This document shows, piece by piece, positions 10,193-18,726 of a stretch of 64,000 nt of DNA. The position numbers and the translations under genes were made by a program. Numbering within the stretch: position 1 is the stretch's first letter; every line of letters begins with the position of its first letter. The stretch is from an uncultured delta proteobacterium (GTDB lineage Bacteria > Desulfobacterota > Binatia > UBA9968): the NCBI GenBank assembly GCA_963737905.1, contig CAVTUQ010000002.1, positions 512,001 to 576,000 on the forward strand, given 5' to 3'. Below the pieces are notes generated by a model, which ran no database searches, had not been told where the DNA came from, and saw only the letters and a list, made by a program, of their open reading frames with translations.

Positions 10193-10249
10193 GGGAATTT
10201 TTAAAGGGAAAATTACGGCTTGCTGAGGTTTGCCGAAGCCTAAATCAAA

Positions 10250-10979
10250 CTAGGGCTCCCATCGATACAGATGTACCGGGACCGGCTCACCTTCACTAAC
10301 GAGCGCAGCCTCGTAACCGTCGCATACATTCAGTTCGGCCAATGACCAGCCGGGCACGTTTGCGTTGATCCGCACGTGCTTCTCGCCAGCGAGGGTAATT
10401 TCCACTTCGTCCAATTGCCCCGAAAGACCCGTGCCTTTGGCTTTTAGGAAAGCTTCTTTGCTTGTCCAACACTTGTAGAACGCCTCCCTCTGGAGATGGA
10501 GGTGGAAGAGCATGAAGCGCTGCCACTTCTCTGGGTGTAAAGAATCGTTGGGCCACCTCGTCGAATGCGAAATCTTCTCTAACCCGCTCCACATCAACGC
10601 CGATTTCTCGGCCTCGGGTCACAGCGATAAGCACCCTCTCGTGGGAGTGGGATAGATTAAACTCAAACTTCTTCTTGGCATGAATGGGCGCCAGTTTCGG
10701 CTTGTTGTAGGGACCCGAGTCAAACTGCAACTCCCGAGCAGCGCTGTTTACATAATTGGACAAGATCGATCTCAGCGCAGCATGAGCGACAACGTACCGT
10801 CGTCGGTCTGTTTCAAATTTGAATCTCGAGGCTCGCTCTTGCTCTGCCGAAGATAAAAGCCCTTCGAAATCTAGCGAAATCTTTTCACCGTTGGCTTGGA
10901 CCAGCCAAATATGAACTTCATTTTCGCTTATAGCGAGACTTGAGGAGGAGCCCGGTCGAACCAAAAACGGATTGAGCAT
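10250..10979 (-). CDS. Sfp-type 4'-phosphopantetheinyl transferase, +1 frameshift at ~10500
   Basis: KPKL, FNLSHS, IGVDVE in ORF 10296-10979; FYKCWTSKEAFLKAKGTGL in ORF 10250-10597. Confidence 0.9.
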
Positions 10980-11056
10980 GCTAAGGTGCTTTTACCTGAT
11001 TCGCCCGCCCTAATCCACGGTTAATCGTGCCCGAATTATGATGCGATTCTGGCCAC

Positions 11057-11257
11057 TCAGGTCGCTTTGTGGGGAATTTCTTCTACGTAGATATCGAAGA
11101 CGGAGCCGGTGGGAAGATCGACGGTCTTGGTGTGCATCAGGTCGCCTTCGAAGAAAAACTCGATCCAGCTGCGGTTTTCGGAGACTCCGAGTATGATGCC
11201 GGCGACGCTTTTGATCGAGTCAATGATCTCGTCTCCGTTGGGGAGAGCTTCACCCAT
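11057..11257 (-). CDS. Small hypothetical protein, possibly 3'-truncated
   Basis: ATG with GAGG RBS 11 nt after the ligase stop; coding-like codon usage. Confidence 0.55.
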   Translation of the reverse strand: MGEALPNGDEIIDSIKSVAGIILGVSENRSWIEFFFEGDLMHTKTVDLPTGSVFDIYVEEIPHKAT

Positions 11258-11268
11258 GCAATCGACCT

Positions 11269-12798
11269 CTAGTTCGAGAGCAGCGTGTCGGCCTCTCGTA
11301 TTAGTTTTCCCGACGAAGTACGAGGCAGCGACTCACGGATAACGATCTTTTGCGGAACTTTGAAGTTTGCCAGATTACCACGCAGAAAGGTCAACAGCTC
11401 TTTCTCGACGATGTTATCTCCCGGCCGCGCCACTATGGCGGCGCCGATCACATGGCCACGCTTTGGATCCGGCATGGCGAAGACAACCGTCTCCTGTACA
11501 CCCGGATAGGTATAGATCAGATTTTCCACCTCGGCGGGATAAACGTTTAGTCCGCCGGTGATGATCATGTCGTCACGCCGCCCCAGATGATAGTAATAGC
11601 CGTCCGCTTCAACCTTGCCAACGTCGCCGGTGTAGAGCCAGCCATCGCGAACACGCGCTGCCGTTGCCTCCGGTTTTCGAAAATAGCCTTTCATCACATG
11701 CGGGCCGCGGGTGATAATTTCGCCCGGCTCGCCGATGGGCACTTCTTTGCCCGCCTCATCGACGATTTTGACCTCGACGCCGGGGACGGCCCGGCCAATG
11801 CTGCCCATCTTGGTTTCTGCCTTTTCCGGCTCGACCAATGTGATCATGGGCGACGTTTCGGTGAGTCCGTAGCCTTGGATGACTTTGATGTGGGGTTGAG
11901 CCGATTGGAACGCGCGTAGCAACGGCAACGGAATACTGGTCCCCATCATAGCGGCAATTTTAACGCTGCTAGTATCATAGCGGGCGAGGTCCCGCACTCC
12001 CAGGAGGAGCTGAAAGACAATGGGCACGCTTTCGAAGACCGTAACCCGATGTCTCTGAATGCCTTCTAAAAGCGTCACCGGATTGAGCTGGTCAAAAATC
12101 ACCAAAGTAAAACCTTTGTCCGCCACCTCATTGCAGACGATGGGTCCGACGATATGCGACATCGGCAGGACACAGCCCCTGATCGTAGAGCCATCAGTGA
12201 TGCCGATTTCACCCATCACACGGGGATACTGGGCAAGGTTTCGGTAGCTCAGCACTACGCCCTTGGGCTCCCCGGTGGTTCCGGAAGTGTAGAGAATCAA
12301 CGCGTCATCATCGGCGTGGAACTGGGGCGCACTGGCTGGCGCTGACGGCACGGAGAATCTCTTCTCGAAACTCTCATCGCCTTCCCCGTTGACCACCCAG
12401 AGGGGTATTCGCCCCAGCTCTTTGAAAGCTTCCTCCGCCTCGGCGCGCAGCTGCTGGTGCACGATGAGCAATTTGACAGCCGCATCCTTTAGAACACCTT
12501 GCAGCTCTTTTCCCTTTAGTCGTGCGTCGAGGATGACGGTCACCGCAGCGATCCTTTGGGTGGCGAAGTAGGTGAGAGGGATCGCAGCGCAATTCGGCAA
12601 CAGCACTCCGACGCGATCGCCTTGGCGAATGCCCGCCTGCTGCAGATGTGCCGCCAGTCCTTGCACCCGCTGGTTCAGATCCGCGAAAGTCAGTTTCTCA
12701 TCCTTGGTGATGATCGCGGTTTTGTGCGGCTGACGCTGTGCGGTCTTTTCCAGAACTTGCGCCGCGAAAAAGCCTACTGAGCCGGAATCGTTTGCCAT
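11269..12798 (-). CDS. Long-chain acyl-CoA ligase (class I adenylate-forming enzyme)
   Basis: YTSGTTGEPKG, GYGLTE, YTGD, GGLNVYPAEVE, LPRTSSGK. Confidence 0.93.
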   Translation of the reverse strand: MANDSGSVGFFAAQVLEKTAQRQPHKTAIITKDEKLTFADLNQRVQGLAAHLQQAGIRQGDRVGVLLPNCAAIPLTYFATQRIAAVTVILDARLKGKELQGVLKDAAVKLLIVHQQLRAEAEEAFKELGRIPLWVVNGEGDESFEKRFSVPSAPASAPQFHADDDALILYTSGTTGEPKGVVLSYRNLAQYPRVMGEIGITDGSTIRGCVLPMSHIVGPIVCNEVADKGFTLVIFDQLNPVTLLEGIQRHRVTVFESVPIVFQLLLGVRDLARYDTSSVKIAAMMGTSIPLPLLRAFQSAQPHIKVIQGYGLTETSPMITLVEPEKAETKMGSIGRAVPGVEVKIVDEAGKEVPIGEPGEIITRGPHVMKGYFRKPEATAARVRDGWLYTGDVGKVEADGYYYHLGRRDDMIITGGLNVYPAEVENLIYTYPGVQETVVFAMPDPKRGHVIGAAIVARPGDNIVEKELLTFLRGNLANFKVPQKIVIRESLPRTSSGKLIREADTLLSN

Positions 12799-13778
12799 AT
12801 GGAAAACGCCCTTTGAAAAGGTTTATACCAGCGCGACAGTTGCGCCAGCTCGCCGCGTTTAAGCTTTAACTTTCCTTGCTGCGTGGCGAGAAAAGGATCG
12901 ATGCGGTTACTGAATACCGCTCTCCACCACTCCTCTTTGCCGCTGATCATGAACTCGCCATCTGTCCCCTGATTCAATTCAGTGATCTCACCGGCAACGA
13001 ATTTCACGGTCCAAGATATATCTGTTTCCTCCAGATGGAGCGTCAGGGACGTGGAAAGACTGGTCTCGCTGCCGTGATTGCGAAATGTCGGATCTTCATT
13101 GGCGTGTTCCACCAGCGCCGCCATGTGTTCCTGGGAAAACAAAACGTAGTTTTTGCCGTCAGCGAGCGATGCGGTTTTCCCGTTTTGCGCTTGACTCGGC
13201 TGCGAGCTTGCCCCGCGCGTCGCCGCGGCACCCTCCTTGAAAAACTGGCAGTGAACCGCCTCCTCAAGCAAATCTGTCAACAGAAAGGCTTCTTGAAGAT
13301 TCTTGCCGATCGCCACCGTGCCGTGACCCTTGATGATTACCACCGGATGATATTTAAGCCCTTCTACGACCGGCTCCGGTTTTGTCACCGTCGGCGTGTC
13401 CTGCGGGATGATGGCTACCTCGCCGATCGTGTATTTCTCTTCAAAACTGACCGGCACAAAACTCTCGTGGGTCAATGAAAAGGCCAGCACCATGGGCGGG
13501 TGGACATGGACGACGGCTTGGGCATCGGTGCCCTCATACACAGCTAGATGCAGCGGTGTTTCACTGGAGGGCCGCTGCTTTTCTCTCTGCGGCTTACCCT
13601 CCTGATTGATCCGTACGAGATCCTTCGGTGTCAAAAAGCCTAGGGCCGCCTGCCGTCCGGTGATAAGAAACTCTTTTTTGCCGACCCGGCAGCTCAGGTT
13701 ACCACCCCAGCCGCTGATGAGCCGCCGCTCGAAAAGCAGCTTGCCCCACCGAATCATTTCGCGTTCGGTCTTCGTCAT
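12774..13778 (-). CDS. Class II aldolase/adducin family protein fused to a C-terminal SCP2-like domain
   Basis: GGNLSCR, PSSETPLH, VVHVHP, KGHG; C-terminus LFSQEH..AL...NED..F...ISG...W......IDPFLA..QGKLKLK.G; TGATG overlap with the upstream gene. Confidence 0.85.
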   Translation of the reverse strand: MTKTEREMIRWGKLLFERRLISGWGGNLSCRVGKKEFLITGRQAALGFLTPKDLVRINQEGKPQREKQRPSSETPLHLAVYEGTDAQAVVHVHPPMVLAFSLTHESFVPVSFEEKYTIGEVAIIPQDTPTVTKPEPVVEGLKYHPVVIIKGHGTVAIGKNLQEAFLLTDLLEEAVHCQFFKEGAAATRGASSQPSQAQNGKTASLADGKNYVLFSQEHMAALVEHANEDPTFRNHGSETSLSTSLTLHLEETDISWTVKFVAGEITELNQGTDGEFMISGKEEWWRAVFSNRIDPFLATQQGKLKLKRGELAQLSRWYKPFQRAFSIWQTIPAQ

Positions 13779-15313
13779 CAGGCAGCTCCGCTGGCATCTT
13801 TGAATATCGTCCAAGGCAGAACTTCGCTCTCGAGGGGATACACGGAAACTCCTGCCGGGCAAATCTTCTGACCCAAGAAAGTCGACACATCAAGGTCCGC
13901 TCCGGAACCCTCTGGCATTTCCGACGCAAGCAACTCGATCGGTATCTTATGATGGCGTGCCAAGCGAACCGCCAGCAGCGAGCCACAAATCCCGCGTGGT
14001 CCTTGTTCGCTCAAGCCATCGTAAAATAAGCAGAGCTTGCGAATCTCGCCATGAGCAAACAGAAAACCCATCATGTTGTCGGAGATCAAAGTCGTCGGTG
14101 TATTGCGAGCAAGTAGTTCGCGAGCCACGACTCGAGGGCCCCATAGCTGGGGTCGCATTTCGGGAACTAAGACACTGTGCGCCTGCTCAGCCTTAAGCGC
14201 ATGGGCCAAGAATGGATAGTTCTGTTTATTCGGCACACCGTAAACTAATAGATACTGCGCCGGCGGCTGGCTGCCGTTTTGTGCGGCTGCCGATGGCATT
14301 TTCAGATATCTCTTCCGAAAGCTTTCCGGCGTGAAGAGGTCATCAAAACCCACTAAGGAACTTATCAAGAACGAAGGGGTTATGTCGAAGGCCGGATAAC
14401 GACAGGCGAGCTTTTCCGCGCCTTCCGCGACCAGCGGCCGTCCTTGAAATACGAGGATCTCAGCGGCTGGCCGCTCTTCAATCGTGACGTCATCGCCTTG
14501 GACCAAGCTACCGGGGTCCTGCACCAAGACGTGGAAAGGGATCCCGTACTCCTTCGCCATCAAGGCCAAAGGATACGTTCCGACCTTGTTGATCACGTCG
14601 CCATTCTGCGCGCAACGATCGGAACCCACGATAACTGCGTTGACTTCTCCCTTTTCCATAACCTGAGCAGCCGCGCAGTCCGGAATCAAGGATACCGAAA
14701 CGCCTGCCTGTGCCAGTTCCCACGCCGTGAGGCGTGATCCTTGTAGATAGGGTCGCGTTTCCGTGGCAATGACGGAGATCTCTTTGCCCGCCTCTCTACA
14801 CGACTGAGCCACCGCCACGAGCTCGCCACTGATGTTGCAGTGCGTCAGCACCCGTGCAGAAGCCGGTAGAATGGAGGCCGTGCGCTTGGCCCGGGAAAGC
14901 CGTGCTTGGACAATCTGTCCCACGAATCCATGCGCCTGTTCTACCACCCACTCGCCAACACTGCTGCCGGCCGGCAGTTCGGCGAGCCACCTGGAGAAAA
15001 AACCGAAGAGACCATTGAAATCGAAGGTCGGGCGCGCGGCGGAGAATTGCCGGGTCATTTGTACGAGCTGACTCTCTAGAGGGGCAGGGTCGTCACCTCG
15101 ATATTCCTGGGCTAGCAACGCACCACTGTAGAGAAAAGCGAGCACCTGTCCGAAAGCTCGGGTCTTCATCTCCCTAACGGCATCGACGGCGTGGGAAATT
15201 CCATCAATCCGAATGTATTCGATCCGCTCCGGGATCAAAGTTTCATCAAGGATTTTGAAGCCGCGCCCCTCCCACAAAACCGGTTCGAACAGCGGACTGT
15301 GCACGAGTTTCAT
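13778..15313 (-). CDS. mtnA: Methylthioribose-1-phosphate isomerase-like (eIF-2B family) protein with a second degenerate domain
   Basis: RPT, THCN, ETRPYLQGSRLTAWEL, VGSDR..NGD..NKVGTY, IEER, PAFDITP; extra ~170 aa with EMRPQLWG.R..AREL......TLISDNM. Confidence 0.85.
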   Translation of the reverse strand: MKLVHSPLFEPVLWEGRGFKILDETLIPERIEYIRIDGISHAVDAVREMKTRAFGQVLAFLYSGALLAQEYRGDDPAPLESQLVQMTRQFSAARPTFDFNGLFGFFSRWLAELPAGSSVGEWVVEQAHGFVGQIVQARLSRAKRTASILPASARVLTHCNISGELVAVAQSCREAGKEISVIATETRPYLQGSRLTAWELAQAGVSVSLIPDCAAAQVMEKGEVNAVIVGSDRCAQNGDVINKVGTYPLALMAKEYGIPFHVLVQDPGSLVQGDDVTIEERPAAEILVFQGRPLVAEGAEKLACRYPAFDITPSFLISSLVGFDDLFTPESFRKRYLKMPSAAAQNGSQPPAQYLLVYGVPNKQNYPFLAHALKAEQAHSVLVPEMRPQLWGPRVVARELLARNTPTTLISDNMMGFLFAHGEIRKLCLFYDGLSEQGPRGICGSLLAVRLARHHKIPIELLASEMPEGSGADLDVSTFLGQKICPAGVSVYPLESEVLPWTIFKDASGAA

Positions 15314-15340
15314 GTTTCTATCGCGACGCGAGCAACGGAT

Positions 15341-16075
15341 TCATAGAAAGCGTAGCGCTTGCTGCGCGACCTCAACCATCTTTTCTTCAGCGGCAAGAAA
15401 CAGCGGGTCGCGAAAACCAAACCTACCATAGAGACACTCGTCCGAAACCGCCAGAATGGCGCCGGCCTTCTTTTTTCTGAGTTGGGCAATCGTGAGGAAC
15501 GTGGACGTCACCATATCGATGCTCGTGACCCTCTGCTCGTTCAACTCCTGAATGAGCTCCGGCGTCTCCTGAAACAGAGCATCGGTGGTGAAAATCCAGC
15601 CCAGATGATGGCGAACGTTTAAGCTTTCGGCCGCCGCTTTCAGAGCCGCAACAATATCAGGGCTGGCAACCGTGGAAAAACTCTTGGGCACGTAGTAGCT
15701 CGTCGTTCCCTCGCCGCGGACCGCGCCGGTGACGATCACGAGATCACCGATCTTCACTTGATCCTGCAACGAACCGCAGCTGCCGATGCGAATCAACAAT
15801 TCCGCCCCTGCGGCGCAGAGGATTTCCGTAGTCATCGCCGTGTCCGGCGCAAAGCGCCCGCCGTTGCCGACGGTCACTCTTTTCCCCCCGAGGGTCCCCG
15901 TGTGCATCTCATAATCCAAAAACGTGAAATTCTTTGTCGGATGATCCAGCAGGCCGAGCACCATTTGACTCCGCTCTTTCGGTCCGGGGATCAGCGCATA
16001 GGGTCCGAGGGTATCGGATTTGAGACCCAACATCGCAAGCATTTTCTGCGGCGTGAAATGTGGCTCTTTGACCAT
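15341..16075 (-). CDS. Nucleoside phosphorylase (PNP/UDP family 1)
   Basis: ALIPGPKER, LIRIGSCGSL, GDLVI..GAVRGEGTT..Y, TTDALF, IDM, AVSD. Confidence 0.88.
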   Translation of the reverse strand: MVKEPHFTPQKMLAMLGLKSDTLGPYALIPGPKERSQMVLGLLDHPTKNFTFLDYEMHTGTLGGKRVTVGNGGRFAPDTAMTTEILCAAGAELLIRIGSCGSLQDQVKIGDLVIVTGAVRGEGTTSYYVPKSFSTVASPDIVAALKAAAESLNVRHHLGWIFTTDALFQETPELIQELNEQRVTSIDMVTSTFLTIAQLRKKKAGAILAVSDECLYGRFGFRDPLFLAAEEKMVEVAQQALRFL

Positions 16076-16079
16076 GGAT

Positions 16080-17318
16080 TCAGAGCGCCTGGGAAACAAA
16101 CTCCAGCAGATCCTGCGTTGGCAGAGCGTCATGGGAGCAGTTAGCGAAGCTCCGCTGGCATAAGGCGCTTGAGGTTAAAACTAGTTCCGCACCGGTGTCA
16201 TTGGCTTCGCGCATCCGGTCCTCGGCGTTCCACTGCGCCAGCTCCGGGTACGCCTCCGGCACACCACCACCACCGCCACAACACCAAGCCCAACGCTGAT
16301 TACGTTCCATCTCCACCAACTCAATTCCTGGAATGGAGCGCAAAATAGTCCTCGGCGCTTGGTAGACGCCACAGCCACGGCCAAGATGGCACGAGTCATG
16401 ATACGTGACTTTTTTCCGCATGGTCTTGCTGAATTGCAGCCGGTTAGTTTTCACCAGATCTTCGACGTATTCGACACCATGAAGAACCGAGATTTTGAAC
16501 TCCGCTTTCTTGGCATACTGCTGCCAAATGCGCCGGCAACTCCCGCAGGCAACCACAACTTTGCCGATCCCGGCTTCCTTGATCCTGCTCAGGTTCTCGT
16601 TCTCCAACCGGTCGTACTCCCGCCGGAACCCCAGATCAAAAGCGTAGAGGCCACAACATTTTTCCTCGTCGCCCAGAATAACAAAATCTTCATCGGCTTT
16701 TTTCATTAGCTTCGCGAGAGCGATGGCACCCGCTCTTCCACTGTTGCCATCCGCCGAACAGCCGGCGAAGAGCAGTGTGGTGGCACCGCCGCTGCCGAGC
16801 TTTTTCAATCCCAGTTCGTTTGCCCAAAGCCCCCGCTCGGCTTGGGGCCGCGACCATGGATGGTCATATTGTTGCAGACCCTCGAAGAGCGGGCGATGGG
16901 CTTCGATGGGTCCGTCCTTTTCGGTCATTTCCTCACGCATCGCGACCGTGATGTCCCAGGGCCCATATCCGTCGTCACGCACCCCACAGAGCTCCTGACA
17001 CATCAGACAGTTTGTGCATGTATACATGACTTCCTTGAGTTCGGGTGTGATGGTATCCAGCCCATGAAACACGCGCTGCGCCATGAGCCAGCGCGACTTC
17101 GGCGTAAATCTTTGAAAGCGATAGAACTCGTAGGGCGGACACTTGCTCTTCGGCCCCGGAACATCCTCCATCGGATTGGCAGGGCCATGACCGTAACAGG
17201 AGCCGCACAGGACACAGCCCGCGCTGCGCTCTTCGAGCCCCTTGGCATAGAGCCACTTTTTGACTCGTTCGAGGCCGTGCGGTTTGTTGGTGTCGCTTTT
17301 CACAGGAATTAGGTCCAC
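16080..17318 (-). CDS. Fe-S oxidoreductase (GlpC/GlcF/HdrD-like, CCG domains)
   Basis: CVLCGSC, CTNCLMCQELC, CCG, YHDSCHLGR, CCGGGGG. Confidence 0.9.
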   Translation of the reverse strand: MDLIPVKSDTNKPHGLERVKKWLYAKGLEERSAGCVLCGSCYGHGPANPMEDVPGPKSKCPPYEFYRFQRFTPKSRWLMAQRVFHGLDTITPELKEVMYTCTNCLMCQELCGVRDDGYGPWDITVAMREEMTEKDGPIEAHRPLFEGLQQYDHPWSRPQAERGLWANELGLKKLGSGGATTLLFAGCSADGNSGRAGAIALAKLMKKADEDFVILGDEEKCCGLYAFDLGFRREYDRLENENLSRIKEAGIGKVVVACGSCRRIWQQYAKKAEFKISVLHGVEYVEDLVKTNRLQFSKTMRKKVTYHDSCHLGRGCGVYQAPRTILRSIPGIELVEMERNQRWAWCCGGGGGVPEAYPELAQWNAEDRMREANDTGAELVLTSSALCQRSFANCSHDALPTQDLLEFVSQAL

Positions 17319-17325
17319 GTGAGAA

Positions 17326-17369
17326 TACTTTAAGCGTTAACTTTATAACCTGTAAATAACTCCTGTCAA
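17326..17369 (-). promoter_or_regulatory. Promoter with candidate MarR operator
   Basis: TTGACA-N18-TAAAGT in an AT-rich spacer, overlapped by imperfect palindromes TTTACAGGTTATAAA and TTAACGCTTAA. Confidence 0.5.
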
Positions 17370-17379
17370 CAAACCCGAG

Positions 17380-17838
17380 CTACTTTGCCAAGGCAACGCG
17401 ATTGAGTTTGCGCAGGAGAGCGGAAAGTTCCTTTTGTTGCGGCTTGTCGAGTGAAGAGAAAATTCGTGAGATACTTTTCTCATATAGCGGAATTGTAGTT
17501 TTATATAGCTTGGCGCCTTTTTCCGTCAGTACCACATGAACCACGCGACGATCATTCTCGTCTCGCTTACGAGAGACCAGTTTTTTCTCTTCCAAACGGT
17601 CAACGATGCCTGTGAGGTTGCTCACCGTCACCATCATCTTCGCCCCGATTTCCCCAAAGGGAAGCCCGCCAGCGTAGCCGATGGTCGCGAGCACGTAAAA
17701 CTGAGGCGGCGTGAGACCCAACTTCTCGAGATCCTCCTCGAGTTTCTTGTGCGAGAGGAGGCTAAAGCGGAGAAATCTGACCCATAAGCCCGTGGTATAG
17801 GATGAAAAAAAAGGACGTTTAAAAACGACCACGTGCAT
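17380..17838 (-). CDS. MarR family transcriptional regulator
   Basis: GLTPPQFYVL, NLTGIVDRLEEK.LV.R...NDRR...V.LT.KG. Confidence 0.92.
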   Translation of the reverse strand: MHVVVFKRPFFSSYTTGLWVRFLRFSLLSHKKLEEDLEKLGLTPPQFYVLATIGYAGGLPFGEIGAKMMVTVSNLTGIVDRLEEKKLVSRKRDENDRRVVHVVLTEKGAKLYKTTIPLYEKSISRIFSSLDKPQQKELSALLRKLNRVALAK

Positions 17839-17981
17839 CACTCTATTCGCAGAACCAGTAAAAAGCAATCGGGTTTTGTTGCTTCCACTTCCAAACAGCG
17901 GTGTCGATGCTGGAATATTAGAAAAGGGCGAAGTATAAGTTTCACGGACAAGCAAGGCTTAATCGAACGCTAGATCAAATC

Positions 17982-18701
17982 ATGAAAGTTCATATTCTCG
18001 GCTGTGGAGATGCTTTTGGCAACGGTGGGCGCAACCAGAGCGGCTACCTCATCGAAGCCGCCGACCGGCTCTTCCTCCTAGATTGCGGGCCGACAACTTT
18101 GCTGGCGATGAAAAAGGCAGGTTTTGATCCGCGACGCTTGGATGTCATTTTTCTGAGCCATCTCCACGGCGATCACTTTGGCGGTCTCCCGTTCTTCTTC
18201 ATCAGCTATCTATACGAGAATCCTCGGGACAAACCCTTGGACATCGCCGGACCACCCGGGTCCGAAGAGAGGGTTAGTGAGCTATTCCAGCTCATGTACG
18301 GCGGTGATCTGCCGACCACTCGCTTTCACATCCTCCAACCCGATAGAGCTGAATTCATCGCGGGAATCCATGTCCTCCCCTTTCGTGTTCCCCACCAGCT
18401 TCACGCGATTTCCCTCGGGCTAAAAGTCAGCTACGAGGGAAAACAGATTCTTTTCTCCGGCGACTCCGCTTGGACCGATCTTTTTCTATCCCATGCCACC
18501 GGCGTAGACCTGTTCCTCTGCGAGTGTTCGTTCTACGATCAGGACAGTTCCAATCACTTGAACTACAAGACACTGCGGGAAAATTTCACGCGGTTAAATT
18601 GTCGCAAGTTGATGCTCACTCATCTGGGTGAGGAAATGCTCAAGCGGCGAGACGAACTTGAAGTGACTTGCGTGGAAGACGGAATGGTGATCGAACTCTG
18701 A
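17982..18701 (+). CDS. MBL-fold metallo-hydrolase (RNase Z/AtsA-like)
   Basis: LLDCG, SHLHGDH, FSGDS, LTH. Confidence 0.9.
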   Translation: MKVHILGCGDAFGNGGRNQSGYLIEAADRLFLLDCGPTTLLAMKKAGFDPRRLDVIFLSHLHGDHFGGLPFFFISYLYENPRDKPLDIAGPPGSEERVSELFQLMYGGDLPTTRFHILQPDRAEFIAGIHVLPFRVPHQLHAISLGLKVSYEGKQILFSGDSAWTDLFLSHATGVDLFLCECSFYDQDSSNHLNYKTLRENFTRLNCRKLMLTHLGEEMLKRRDELEVTCVEDGMVIEL

Positions 18702-18726
18702 ACAGCAAATCAAAGCAGAGTGGGAG

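Noticed and set aside
5750-10200. Integron cassette array
   Set aside because: One GCCTAAC follows the DUF5615 stop but has no matching GTTAGGC; no repeated attC structure and no intI.
10250-12798. NRPS/PKS cluster (PPTase plus adenylation enzyme)
   Set aside because: No carrier protein, condensation or ketosynthase domain in the window; the 66-aa ORF is not convincingly an ACP.
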